A stretch of DNA of 64,000 nucleotides from a virus (taxonomy: Duplodnaviria; Caudoviricetes), in the IMG/VR virus record IMGVR_UViG_3300026116_000035. One strand, written 5' to 3'. Made by a program: the position numbers and the translations under genes. Under the pieces are notes generated by a model. That model saw nothing but the letters and a program-made list of their open reading frames with translations. It was not told where the DNA came from and made no database searches. This document shows positions 38,370 through 48,665 of this stretch, in pieces; position 1 is the stretch's first letter; every line of letters starts with the position of its first letter.

Positions 38370-38581
38370 GAATAAGAAATTTAAATAAAAATTTGGAAAT
38401 ATTAAGAGCTGTATCATGTTCTAAAACATCTATGTCATCATATGATTATAATACATCTAGAATTTTTCATATTAATTATAAATTAATAAATTTTTTACAT
38501 ATTAATATTATTAATAAAAGATCAATTGAAGAAAATGTTATAAAGGCAGTTTTGCAATATAAATGTAAAATAAAAAATTAA
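38366..38581 (+). CDS. Small basic hypothetical protein
   Basis: ATGA overlap with the preceding ORF; fills the gap before the first glycosyltransferase. Confidence 0.4.
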   Translation: MRIRNLNKNLEILRAVSCSKTSMSSYDYNTSRIFHINYKLINFLHINIINKRSIEENVIKAVLQYKCKIKN

Positions 38582-38592
38582 GAAAGTATTGA

Positions 38593-39693
38593 ATGAAGGT
38601 AAAAATACAACAATTTTTATTTGGTAAAAATCATAGTTGGAGTGTAGTTGGAAAAGAAATTGGCCGAGAATTAATTCATCGCGGTCATGAAGTTCATTTT
38701 ATTTCTACTGATGGAATTAATAAAGAATTTATAGATTCTGATCTAGCTAAATATATTAAATATTATCCAGATAATAATTATGATATAAATTATTCTTATA
38801 CCGCCCCAAAGAATTTTATTAATTATTTAAATGGAAATAAAGGAATTAGATTAGGATGCTGGAATTATGAATGGCCGTATATGCCGCGAACTTTTGTTCA
38901 AGCTATAGCGTCTAAAAATAATGTAGATAAATTTTTACCATCATCTAAATGGTTTTATGATATTTGTTTGCAAAATAAAATTCCAGAAGAAAAACTTTGT
39001 TTAATGCCTCATGGTATTGATGTTGATAAATTTATTAACGCTGTACCAATGCAATTAAAAACTGATAAAAAAATTAAAATATTAATTAATGTCACTCAAT
39101 TACATATAAGAAAAAATTTACCAGGTACATTAAAAGCTATTGGAGAAGCATTAAATAAAAATGATGATGTATGTTTGGTATTGAAGGTTTCAGATACTAA
39201 ACCAAAAATGGCATTTGAATTATCTTTTTCGCAAGTTTTTAATGAATTTAATAAAAAATATCCAAATCATGTAGAATGTTTAATATTAAAAGAATATATT
39301 CCAAATATAGAATGTTTATATAAAGCTTGTGATATTTTATTTTTATTAAGTCATGCTGAAGCTTATTCTTTAACTCATGCAGAAGGTTTAATTTCTGGGC
39401 AGGTGGTTTTTTCTAGTAATTATGGAGGAGCCTTAGATTTTTTAAATGATAATAATTCATTTTTGATTCCAGGTAAAATGGTGAGAGCCCCTACTTTATC
39501 TCAATATTGGGAACCTAATGTTTTGAATGGACATTTTGAACCTGATGTAAAAATTGCCGCTGAAAAACTACGATATTGTATAGATAATTTTGAAACTGTT
39601 AAAAAAGAAAAATTATCATTTGTAACTAAAAATGATATAGATAATTTTAGATGGGGCAAACAAGTTGATATTTTAGAAGGATTAGTTAAATGA
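38593..39693 (+). CDS. GT-B glycosyltransferase (GT4-like)
   Basis: HSWSVVGKEIGRELIHRGHEV; PHGIDVDKF; RKNLPG; LYKACDILFLLSHAEAYSLTHAEG (Ex7E motif). Confidence 0.85.
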   Translation: MKVKIQQFLFGKNHSWSVVGKEIGRELIHRGHEVHFISTDGINKEFIDSDLAKYIKYYPDNNYDINYSYTAPKNFINYLNGNKGIRLGCWNYEWPYMPRTFVQAIASKNNVDKFLPSSKWFYDICLQNKIPEEKLCLMPHGIDVDKFINAVPMQLKTDKKIKILINVTQLHIRKNLPGTLKAIGEALNKNDDVCLVLKVSDTKPKMAFELSFSQVFNEFNKKYPNHVECLILKEYIPNIECLYKACDILFLLSHAEAYSLTHAEGLISGQVVFSSNYGGALDFLNDNNSFLIPGKMVRAPTLSQYWEPNVLNGHFEPDVKIAAEKLRYCIDNFETVKKEKLSFVTKNDIDNFRWGKQVDILEGLVK

Positions 39694-40433
39694 AAGTATC
39701 TATAATAATACCTGTATTTAATAATTGGAATTTAACTAAAGCTTGTTTAAATGATTTATCTAAATTACCTGATGATCATGAAATTATTTTAGTTGATAAT
39801 GGATCTACAGATGAAACTAAAAATATATTAAATTTATCTAAAAATCAATTACCAGTTAATTTTGTTTTAATTAGAAATGAAGATAATTTAGGATTTGCTA
39901 AAAGTTCAAATCAAGGAGCTAAAATAGCAAAAGGTGAATATTTAATATTTTTAAATAATGACATTAGGGTTAAAAAAGATTTAAGTAATTGGACAAATTT
40001 ATTAACTAAAGTAGCTGAAAATGATTGTTTGGTTAGTCCTACAGTAGGTTTATTAAATGCTAGCTTTAATTTTATAAATGAAAATAATATTAGAGAAAGT
40101 GATGATATAATAAATAATGTAGATGAATTTAAATATTATAATCGATATCCAAATTCAATTATTTATTTAAGTGGATGGTGTTTATGTGCTAAAAAAGAAA
40201 TATTTAATAAATTAATAATAAATGATTATGATGGACCGTTTACTGAAGAATTTTTTACTTATTTTGAAGATACTGATTTAAGTATTCGGGCTAAAAAATT
40301 AAATATAAAAAAGGCTCAAGTATATATTCCATTAGTACATTTTGGAAGAATGACAAGTACAAAAGTAGGATTACAAAGTTTATATAGAGTAGCAAGGGAA
40401 AAATTCATAAATAAATGGAAGAACCAACTTTAG
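39690..40433 (+). CDS. GT2 glycosyltransferase
   Basis: VSIIIPVFN; ILVDNGSTD; NLGFAKSSNQG; FLNND; YFEDTDL. Confidence 0.9.
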   Translation: MKVSIIIPVFNNWNLTKACLNDLSKLPDDHEIILVDNGSTDETKNILNLSKNQLPVNFVLIRNEDNLGFAKSSNQGAKIAKGEYLIFLNNDIRVKKDLSNWTNLLTKVAENDCLVSPTVGLLNASFNFINENNIRESDDIINNVDEFKYYNRYPNSIIYLSGWCLCAKKEIFNKLIINDYDGPFTEEFFTYFEDTDLSIRAKKLNIKKAQVYIPLVHFGRMTSTKVGLQSLYRVAREKFINKWKNQL

Positions 40434-40558
40434 AAAATCAAATATATTTTATATGTAGTGTATTTATGAGGATAGTATTATTTTCATTATTTGGCTTATT
40501 TTTCTGTATATATGTAATATTGATCCTTATATTGGCTATAAAATTATTATTTCCATGA
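40415..40558 (+). CDS. 47-aa hydrophobic small ORF (not in the track)
   Basis: MEEPTLENQIYFICSVFMRIVLFSLFGLFFCIYVILILILAIKLLFP; fills a 176-nt gap; its stop overlaps the ATG of a 20-aa ORF (40555-40617). Confidence 0.3.
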   Translation: MEEPTLENQIYFICSVFMRIVLFSLFGLFFCIYVILILILAIKLLFP

Positions 40559-40609
40559 CTTTATTAGGTGCTGTTATTGGGGTTGGTGATGTTTTGAAGA
40601 GGATGAGTA

Positions 40610-41437
40610 ATGGTTAATTTGCACGTATTTACTTTATCATGGAATGGTTTAGATAAATTAAATAAATTAAAAACTGGTTTATTTGATAATTTAAATTACA
40701 TAAAAGAAAATAAAAATATTAATTATTTATGGAATATACGTGATAATGGAAGTAAAGATAATACAGTAAAAGAAGTTAATTCATGGATTTCTGAAGGTTT
40801 ACCGATTAATCTTACAGAAGTTGGACATAATCGATTAAATTTTTCACAGGGAATGAATTGTATTTTTAAAAATATCATTTATTCTGATAATGATTTAATA
40901 TTATTGTTAAATAATGATATTACATTTGAAGATAATAAATCACTTTTTAATATGTTGAATTTAATGAAAGACGATGTTGGAATTGTGGGTTCTAAATTAT
41001 TATTTACAGGAACTAATAAATTACAACATGCTGGAATTGTATATTCAAATTATCGTGGTGGTAATGCTTGGAATTATCGAACTGGAGAAATTGATGATAG
41101 TGATGCTTCAAAAAATCGATATTTTCAAGGAGTGTCTGGAGCTGTATTATTAACTAAAGCTAAAATTTATGAAGAAGTAAATGGATTATCAGAAGATTTA
41201 CATTGGGCTTTTGATGATTGTGATTATGGTTTAAAAATCAAACAATTAGGTAAAAAAATTATATATTGTGGAGATACTAAAATTTTTCATGAAAATTCAG
41301 CTTCATTAAAAAAGAATCCGGTTAATACTTTATTTTTAAATGAAAATTTAAGAATATTTAAAACTAGGTGGTTTGGCAAATATGAAATTGATCATGATAA
41401 GTATTTAAAAAATAAAAATTATAATGAAATTAAATGA
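40610..41437 (+). CDS. GT2 glycosyltransferase
   Basis: RDNGSKD; NFSQGMN; LLNNDI; LQHAG; VSGAVLL; AFDDCDYGL. Confidence 0.88.
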   Translation: MVNLHVFTLSWNGLDKLNKLKTGLFDNLNYIKENKNINYLWNIRDNGSKDNTVKEVNSWISEGLPINLTEVGHNRLNFSQGMNCIFKNIIYSDNDLILLLNNDITFEDNKSLFNMLNLMKDDVGIVGSKLLFTGTNKLQHAGIVYSNYRGGNAWNYRTGEIDDSDASKNRYFQGVSGAVLLTKAKIYEEVNGLSEDLHWAFDDCDYGLKIKQLGKKIIYCGDTKIFHENSASLKKNPVNTLFLNENLRIFKTRWFGKYEIDHDKYLKNKNYNEIK

Positions 41438-42390
41438 GTGTTTGTTATTTTCCTTTTTGTCCTGGTATTCCTTGGCAATTAAATTCAAGTAGAGTAGTCC
41501 AACCTACATTAAATAGTGAAATTTGGTTTAAAGCTATAAATGATAAAAATCCTATAATTACTTGTTTTGGTGGATTATTTGAAACTTTTTTTGCTTTATC
41601 TTATGCAGAAGCTTTAAATAAATTAATACCCACCAAAAAATTAATATTTAATGGCAATCCTACATTTAATAAATTAATTAGTTTAAATGGTTTAGCCACT
41701 TCGGGAAATTTAATTTCTAAAAGTGAAGTTGAACAATATCCATTACCATTATTTTTCGATCAAGAAAATAATGTTTATTTTAATTGTTTATTTAATTATT
41801 TAAAAATTTATAATAATATTAATGTTTACGCATACAAAAATTTAAAAGCATTAAGTAAACAAATATTTATAAATTCATGTTTACCTTGGAATATTAATTA
41901 TATACCTAAATTAAGAAACTTAATAGAACCACCTGAATTTGCTAAATGGAAATTATCTAAAAAATTTAATATAGATAAGCCCTTTGTATTAATTTTTCCA
42001 GATAAAACAGGATTATCTGAGCATCCACAATCTGCATTAAAATGGTCAATAAATGATATTAAATCATTTATATCAATGATTTATGGTTCTGGAATGGAGT
42101 CAGTAATTGTAACAAAAAATATTGGAAGATATACAGGAATTAATAGTTTGGTTATTGAGCCAAATTTAGAGCATATTTTTTATTTAATTGAAAAATGTGG
42201 CGTTATATTAGCAGAAGAGATAGATTTTTTATTAATCAGTTTAATGATTTCGAAAAATGCAACAGTGGTTAGTAGGAAAAATAAATATCAATATTCTATT
42301 AAATCTAATAAAAAATTTTATAAAACTGATATAAAAATAATTGAAAGTAAAAAATTAATTCCATTTGAAGTTTATAAAGCAATTAAATAA
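41434..42390 (+). CDS. Divergent GT9 (heptosyltransferase)-like protein
   Basis: CFGGLFETFFALSYAEALNKLIP resembles the GxGD...alk..P motif, and KPFVLIFPDKTG...KWSIND resembles kpyvvihpg...krW. Confidence 0.45.
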   Translation: MSVCYFPFCPGIPWQLNSSRVVQPTLNSEIWFKAINDKNPIITCFGGLFETFFALSYAEALNKLIPTKKLIFNGNPTFNKLISLNGLATSGNLISKSEVEQYPLPLFFDQENNVYFNCLFNYLKIYNNINVYAYKNLKALSKQIFINSCLPWNINYIPKLRNLIEPPEFAKWKLSKKFNIDKPFVLIFPDKTGLSEHPQSALKWSINDIKSFISMIYGSGMESVIVTKNIGRYTGINSLVIEPNLEHIFYLIEKCGVILAEEIDFLLISLMISKNATVVSRKNKYQYSIKSNKKFYKTDIKIIESKKLIPFEVYKAIK

Positions 42391-42413
42391 TTTGATTGTA
42401 AATTAAAGGTAGT

Positions 42414-43166
42414 ATGAAAATAGCAGAATCTGTAATTTCTATTATGATGGTCACTTATAATCGTTTAGAATTAACTAAACAAACTATAACTAATATTTAT
42501 GAAACTGTAAAAACTCCATTTGAATTTGTTATTATTGATAACGCTTCTACTGATGGAACCATAGAATATTTAAATGAATTAAATAAACAATATAATAATA
42601 TACATTTAAAATTTAATAAAATAAATAAGGGAATTGGTTGGGGAAGGTCTCAAGCTCTTTTATTGGCGGACACATTAAATACAGAATGGTATGTTACTAT
42701 AGATAATGATGTTTTATTTCATAGTGGCTGGTTAGATGAGTGTATTGAAATATTAACTCATAATAAACATTTTGGAGCTATTGGTGTAAGTTTTGAACCT
42801 ACAGTGTATCCAATTATTAAGTCAAATGGATATGAATTTGAATATAAATCTAAAGGTAATTTAGGAACAGCATGTATGGTTTTTCATAAATCATTACATA
42901 AAATGATTGGATTTTTTAATACTACATTTGATAAATATGCTCATGAAGATGCCGATTGGGGAAATAGAGTTGTTTTTGCTGGATTAAAATTAGGATATAT
43001 TAAAACTCATGGTACTCATATAGGTGAAGGGGTAAATGATCAAGGCACTTATCGTGAGTTTAAAAATAAACAACATCAAGATAACCTTCAAAAATATTAT
43101 AAAGATTATACATTATATGCTTCTGGTAAAAAATCATTATATATTCCATTTAAGGATAATGAATGA
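42414..43166 (+). CDS. GT2 glycosyltransferase
   Basis: ISIMMVTYNRLELTK; IIDNASTDGT; TIDND; HEDADW. Confidence 0.9.
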   Translation: MKIAESVISIMMVTYNRLELTKQTITNIYETVKTPFEFVIIDNASTDGTIEYLNELNKQYNNIHLKFNKINKGIGWGRSQALLLADTLNTEWYVTIDNDVLFHSGWLDECIEILTHNKHFGAIGVSFEPTVYPIIKSNGYEFEYKSKGNLGTACMVFHKSLHKMIGFFNTTFDKYAHEDADWGNRVVFAGLKLGYIKTHGTHIGEGVNDQGTYREFKNKQHQDNLQKYYKDYTLYASGKKSLYIPFKDNE

Positions 43167-45244
43167 ATGATATTGAATTAAATGGATTAGAAATAAAACC
43201 ATATATTCATTCTCAAAAAAATTGCCGACCCTCAGCTTCTGGCTATGTTATGGAGGCTTTAGATTCTTCTTTTATTATAGATTTATCAAATTTTCAAAAT
43301 ATATCTAAGATTGCAATTATAACTAAACGAATATCTGGAAATGGTAAAGTTATTATAAATGATTTAAACTTTGATGTTTTATCTAAAGATTCCAATATAT
43401 TAGAAATAGGTCCCACAAAAACATTAACTTTTTTAAGGAATGATTTATGTATTGGTAAAATTATTATTGCTAATATTAAAATATCAATAAATGATGTACA
43501 ATTAAATATTAATCCATCATTTATTGATCAAAGAATTATTGCTCAAAATCCAGAAAATTGGCGAAATTTACTTATGAAGTGTGGGGAAATAAGGGGAATT
43601 AAGTTAGTTAATAATAAGCTATTAGTTTCAGAAGGTGCCTTTATTCAAAAAAGCGATTTAATAAATTATATCGAAACTGAACCACCCAATTGTTTTATTA
43701 AATCAGATGTGATTAAATTCATATATCCTTGTGAAATAACGAATATTTCATTTAGTGAAAATACAATATTAGTCGATAAATCAAATACAATTTATAAACA
43801 TTTTAATGAGCCTGTTAATACTATGATTAATGTATTACCTAGTATTTTAGCTAATGACAACTTTACCGCAAAAGAAAATATGACAAAAAGTGATAATATT
43901 ATATATGATTCTTTAGAAAATGGTATAAATCCATCAACATTAACTAAAGTTGATGATGTAGAGGCCCATCAAGGTAAAAATAATAAAGGGGCTATTATTA
44001 AAAAAGATGGAACTTTTTGTGTTCCGTTGTCTATGTTGCAACCAAATATGCAGTATGTAGTTGTTGTTAATATTAAGAAAATAAATGGAAATGGTAAATT
44101 TGGTATTCAAATAACTACAACTGATAATATTCCTAAAGGTTCAGTTGTTACAGTTGCTACAGATCGTGAAACAGAATTATATCTTAAATTAAATACTGAT
44201 TCTGAACCGACCCCTGGAAATTCCTATATGTTAAAATTCTTCCGTCCAGAAGAATCTAGTTTTGGAGATTTATTATTAAATCGTTTGATGGTAATTAGCG
44301 GTATTGCTTTGGCTAATTTAGTTAATCCACAAAATAATAAACCAGCTCAAATTAAAGTAAGTAAATTTAATAATAAAAATGAAACAGACCCAATTAGAGG
44401 ATTAGCTAAACTTTATCATAGAAATTTACCACATAAAAAAACTAATCCTATTTTTAATTACTCTGGAGAAATTTCTCTTAAAAGCAGTTCAGCTATCAAT
44501 TGGTTTAATAAATTAAGTCCTCTTTGTTCTAAAATAAAAGTTACAGATAATGCAAAAATATTATTTAGTGAACTAACTTCCTTAAATTCAGCTGATATTA
44601 TATTTTTGGAACCATTTACGGAAGACATATCATCTGAAGATATGAATATTTTACAATGTGCAAAAATTATTATTTCTTCATCCTCAGAAAATGTAAAATT
44701 ATTAACCGAATTATTTCCAAATGTTTCAGTTAAATTGCTAGAACGTACTTGGCCAATGATTGAATCAACGCCAATAAAACATTTACCTAAAGATTATTGT
44801 GTAATGTTTCACAGAAATGCTGAAATTACACATAAAGTTGTAAGTAATTATCCTAATAATTATCCACCATTAGTATTAATCGGGGCACAACATTCTTATA
44901 ATGAAAATATAATTCAATTAAATGAATATATTAGTTATGATAAAATTTTAGACGTATTAATTAATTGTAAAATTCTAATTGATTTTCCTGAATATAATCA
45001 GTATATGTCAGGATTGTTATCATTAGCTTTTGATTATGGTATCCCTGTTGTTACTTCTAATAATTTTGGAAAAGATAAATATAATTGTAAATTTTTAATA
45101 TCAAATAAAAATGATAAAATTAATTTGCCAGAAGTCGAGAATATTCAAAAAGCAATAGTTGAATTATTAGAATTTAAAAAACTTGAAGTTAATTCAGAAC
45201 ATAATAAAAAATTAGATGAATTATTTTCAACAATATTTAATTGA
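43163..45244 (+). CDS. Multidomain protein: repeated beta-sandwich-like N-terminal modules plus a degenerate GT-B C-terminus
   Basis: KRISGNGK and KKINGNGK repeat; C-terminal KILIDFPEYNQYMSGLLSLAFDYGIPVVTSN resembles the GT4 donor-binding region but lacks the Ex7E pair. Confidence 0.5.
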   Translation: MNDIELNGLEIKPYIHSQKNCRPSASGYVMEALDSSFIIDLSNFQNISKIAIITKRISGNGKVIINDLNFDVLSKDSNILEIGPTKTLTFLRNDLCIGKIIIANIKISINDVQLNINPSFIDQRIIAQNPENWRNLLMKCGEIRGIKLVNNKLLVSEGAFIQKSDLINYIETEPPNCFIKSDVIKFIYPCEITNISFSENTILVDKSNTIYKHFNEPVNTMINVLPSILANDNFTAKENMTKSDNIIYDSLENGINPSTLTKVDDVEAHQGKNNKGAIIKKDGTFCVPLSMLQPNMQYVVVVNIKKINGNGKFGIQITTTDNIPKGSVVTVATDRETELYLKLNTDSEPTPGNSYMLKFFRPEESSFGDLLLNRLMVISGIALANLVNPQNNKPAQIKVSKFNNKNETDPIRGLAKLYHRNLPHKKTNPIFNYSGEISLKSSSAINWFNKLSPLCSKIKVTDNAKILFSELTSLNSADIIFLEPFTEDISSEDMNILQCAKIIISSSSENVKLLTELFPNVSVKLLERTWPMIESTPIKHLPKDYCVMFHRNAEITHKVVSNYPNNYPPLVLIGAQHSYNENIIQLNEYISYDKILDVLINCKILIDFPEYNQYMSGLLSLAFDYGIPVVTSNNFGKDKYNCKFLISNKNDKINLPEVENIQKAIVELLEFKKLEVNSEHNKKLDELFSTIFN

Positions 45245-45250
45245 GGTATA

Positions 45251-46207
45251 ATGACTGAAAAAGTAAAAGTTAATTTAATTTATACTCCCCAAAATGTTGA
45301 TGCTACATCTCCTAGATTTCAAAATGAATTTGGTGAATTATGGATGAATGCACATCATAAATCAGATATGCATAATATTAGTATGAGTTTTTATTCAGCT
45401 AATTATCCAAACCCGATAGCTTTAGGTGATTCAATATATGTAATTGAACCTAAATGTGTTTCAGAGCGAGATTATGAAATTGAATTTTTAGAACGATTTA
45501 AATATATTTTTACTTGGGCTGATAATGCTTTTAAAAATACTAGAATTCAAAATAAAATAATTCCATTAAATCATCCAAGTTGTTGGGGTATGGATAAACA
45601 AGGTTTTGAAAATAGAAAAAAACAATGGGCTTCTTGGAATAATAGAAGGGATGAAATTACTTTTATTGCTAATAATAAAGCTTCAACACATAGAACAGAA
45701 TTATATAGTGTTAGAGTTATGTTAGCTCAATGGCTAAATAATAATTCAGAGAAATATAAAGTTAGTTGGTATGCTCAAGGAAATATTACTCAGCCATATT
45801 TTAAAGGTACAATTGGGGAAAAATCAGAAGTATTAAATAATGTCAAATTTTCTATTTGTACTGAAAATTGCTATGATGAAAAATATAGCTCTAATTATTT
45901 TACTGAGAAAATGCCTGAAGTTTGGTTTTCAGGAGCCGTTCCAATTTATACAGGATGTTATAATATAGATAAATTTGGCTTTCATCCGGATTCTTACATT
46001 GATTTACGAAAATTTATGGATCATAAAGCAATTAAATATAGAGAATTATTAAATGAAATAAATTCTTTTAATGAAGAAAAATACAATAAATATTTAGAAG
46101 CTGTTAATTATAATATATATAATGCAGATTTATTTAATATAATTTCGGAAGAAAAAGTCATGAGTAAAATGATTGAAACTTTTTATAAGGAAAAGAATGG
46201 ACTATAA
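45251..46207 (+). CDS. GT10 alpha-1,3-fucosyltransferase-like
   Basis: KFSICTENCY...NYFTEKMPEVWFSGAVPIYTG matches the alpha-1,3-FucT motif. Confidence 0.85.
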   Translation: MTEKVKVNLIYTPQNVDATSPRFQNEFGELWMNAHHKSDMHNISMSFYSANYPNPIALGDSIYVIEPKCVSERDYEIEFLERFKYIFTWADNAFKNTRIQNKIIPLNHPSCWGMDKQGFENRKKQWASWNNRRDEITFIANNKASTHRTELYSVRVMLAQWLNNNSEKYKVSWYAQGNITQPYFKGTIGEKSEVLNNVKFSICTENCYDEKYSSNYFTEKMPEVWFSGAVPIYTGCYNIDKFGFHPDSYIDLRKFMDHKAIKYRELLNEINSFNEEKYNKYLEAVNYNIYNADLFNIISEEKVMSKMIETFYKEKNGL

Positions 46208-46946
46208 AAATTTTGTAATTATTATTCCTTCATATAATAATGCTAAATGGTATGAGCAAAATGTAATTTCTGCTATGCAACAAAATTATCCTAAAGATAA
46301 ATTTAGAGTAATATATACCAATGATGCGTCTATAGATGATACTGGTACTTTAGTTAATAATTTAATTGAAAAACATAAATGGGATAACATTAAATTAATT
46401 AATAATATTGAAAGATTAGGTGCTTTACATAATATATATAATATGATTCATTCTTGTAATGATGATGAAATTATTGTTGATTTGGATGCAGATGATACTT
46501 TAGCCGGCCCACATGTATTAGAAAGATTAAATCAAGAATATCAAAATCCTAATGTATGGATGACGTGGGGTTCCTATTTAGATTCTTGTAATATGACTCG
46601 TGGATGTTGTAAACCATATGAGCAAACTGTTATTGATAGGAATGCTTATCATGTTGTTCCCTGGAGATGTTCTCATTTACGAACAAGGATAGCTAAATTA
46701 TTTAAATTAGTTAAAAAAGAAGATTTAATGTATCAAGGTAAATTTTTTATGTCCGCTTGGGATCTTTCTTATCAATTAAGAATGTTAAGTATGGCTGGTG
46801 GGAGATTTTCTTATATAAATGATATTTTGTATATTTATAATAATGATAATCCTATTTCTGATTATAAAGTAAGAGCACAAGAACAAGCTTTTTTTGATCA
46901 GTATATTAGACGTCAAAAACCTTATGAAAAAATAGATTCATTATGA
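46197..46946 (+). CDS. GT2 glycosyltransferase
   Basis: IIIPSYNN; TNDASIDDT; VDLDADD; SAWDLSY. Start moved to ATG 46197 (SD AAGG). Confidence 0.85.
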   Translation: MDYKNFVIIIPSYNNAKWYEQNVISAMQQNYPKDKFRVIYTNDASIDDTGTLVNNLIEKHKWDNIKLINNIERLGALHNIYNMIHSCNDDEIIVDLDADDTLAGPHVLERLNQEYQNPNVWMTWGSYLDSCNMTRGCCKPYEQTVIDRNAYHVVPWRCSHLRTRIAKLFKLVKKEDLMYQGKFFMSAWDLSYQLRMLSMAGGRFSYINDILYIYNNDNPISDYKVRAQEQAFFDQYIRRQKPYEKIDSL

Positions 46947-47671
46947 GTATTACTTTTTCTGATTTAGGTAAAATGGGACGCTTGGGTAATATATTATTTC
47001 AAGCATCTGCTACTATTGCTTTAGCATTAGATAATAATGTAGATTATCAATTTCCTAAATTTTGGTCTGATCGTAAATATTTTAATATACCAGAAGAAAA
47101 ATTTGTAGATAAATTATATTATTTAAATAATTACAAAGAATTAAATTACCATTATAATAAAATAATATTTAAAGATAATTTAAATTTAAATGGATATTTT
47201 CAAAGTTATTATTATTTTAATTCTCAAGATAAAATAATAAAAAAATTATTAACACCTAATATTATAATTAATAAACAAGATTATGTTAGTTTGCATGTTA
47301 GGCGAACTGATTATTTAATTCACAATAATTGTTATAAAATATTAAATAGAAATAATTATTATGATAAAGCAATGGAAATTTCTAGTGGAAAGAAATTTTT
47401 AATATTTTCTGATGATATAAATTGGTGTAAACAAAATTTTACTGGTAATGAATTTGATTTTGTAGAGGGTAATAATGCACCAACAGATTTAAAGTTAATG
47501 GCAAATTGTTTGGGTGGAAATATAATTGCAAATAGTAGTTTTTCATGGTGGGGAGCCTATCTTAATGAAAATATTAATAATTGCGTTATATCTCCTAATG
47601 ATTGGTTTGGTCCTGAGTTGTCAATGAATAATACTAAAGATTTATATTTGCCGAGTTGGATAAGGATTTAA
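46943..47671 (+). CDS. GT11 alpha-1,2-fucosyltransferase-like
   Basis: GRLGNILFQ; GYFQS; VSLHVRRTDY; FSDDINWCK; NSSFSWWGAYL. Confidence 0.92.
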   Translation: MSITFSDLGKMGRLGNILFQASATIALALDNNVDYQFPKFWSDRKYFNIPEEKFVDKLYYLNNYKELNYHYNKIIFKDNLNLNGYFQSYYYFNSQDKIIKKLLTPNIIINKQDYVSLHVRRTDYLIHNNCYKILNRNNYYDKAMEISSGKKFLIFSDDINWCKQNFTGNEFDFVEGNNAPTDLKLMANCLGGNIIANSSFSWWGAYLNENINNCVISPNDWFGPELSMNNTKDLYLPSWIRI

Positions 47672-47676
47672 GAGAA

Positions 47677-48657
47677 ATGAGAGTATTATATTTACCTTTA
47701 AATTATGGAAGTACAGTTCAGGACGGAGTATATGACGCATTTAATCAATTAAATTGTCAATTAGAAATATTTGATTATTTTGAACATTATAATAATGCCG
47801 GAAATAATCAAAGAAATGTTAGGCAAATGTTAATTGAGGTAGCAAAACGATTTAGACCTGATTTAATTTATTGTCAAATTCAACATACAGTTATTATTGA
47901 TGCCGATACAATTAATGGAATTAGGAATTATTGTCCAATGGTTAAAATAGTTAATTATACTATTGATGCCAGAAATTATATTCCTGGTCCATATTTTAGT
48001 GTGTCTAGAATTTCTGATCTTAATTTAATTACATCAACTGGACAATTACAAATGTATAAGGATAATAATGTTCCTAATATACATTATTTGCAAGTTGGTT
48101 ATAATCCTAAACATTATTTTCCTGAAGTTGAAGCTAAATCATCATATGAATTTGATACAGTATTTTTAGCTAATGTTAATAATGTTGAAAATTATCCTGG
48201 TCATTCTCAAAGAATTGATACAGTACATGCGTTAAGAAAAGCTTTTGGAAATAGATTTGGTTTATTTGGTCACGGTTGGCCTAAAGAATTAAAATCTCTA
48301 GGGTCTGTTGATATAAATTTAGCTGTTAAAAATGTATATGCAAATAGTTTTTCTACAATCAGTGTGAGTCATTTTAATGAAATTACTCATTATTTTTCTG
48401 ATAGATTATTAATGTGTTTAGCTTCCGGCAGACCTACTGTTTCTTGGCATTTTCCAGGTTATGAAAGTTATTTTGTTAATAAGCAAGATTTATTAATTGG
48501 AAATAGTCCTGATGAAATTGTAAATAATGTTAAATGGTTGTTAGAAAATCCTGATAGAGCTAATTTAATTGGTCAAAATGGAGCAAGTAAAGTATTTTGT
48601 GAACATACATATTTAAGCAGAATTAAAGAAATGCTTGAAATGATCGGATTACAATAA
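47677..48657 (+). CDS. CgeB-like GT-B glycosyltransferase
   Basis: LQVGYNPKHY; R-x-D...FGLFGHGW; YFSDRLLMCLASG; SPDEIVNNVKWLLENP...HTYLSRI. Start at ATG 47677. Confidence 0.82.
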   Translation: MRVLYLPLNYGSTVQDGVYDAFNQLNCQLEIFDYFEHYNNAGNNQRNVRQMLIEVAKRFRPDLIYCQIQHTVIIDADTINGIRNYCPMVKIVNYTIDARNYIPGPYFSVSRISDLNLITSTGQLQMYKDNNVPNIHYLQVGYNPKHYFPEVEAKSSYEFDTVFLANVNNVENYPGHSQRIDTVHALRKAFGNRFGLFGHGWPKELKSLGSVDINLAVKNVYANSFSTISVSHFNEITHYFSDRLLMCLASGRPTVSWHFPGYESYFVNKQDLLIGNSPDEIVNNVKWLLENPDRANLIGQNGASKVFCEHTYLSRIKEMLEMIGLQ

Positions 48658-48665
48658 GGAATATT

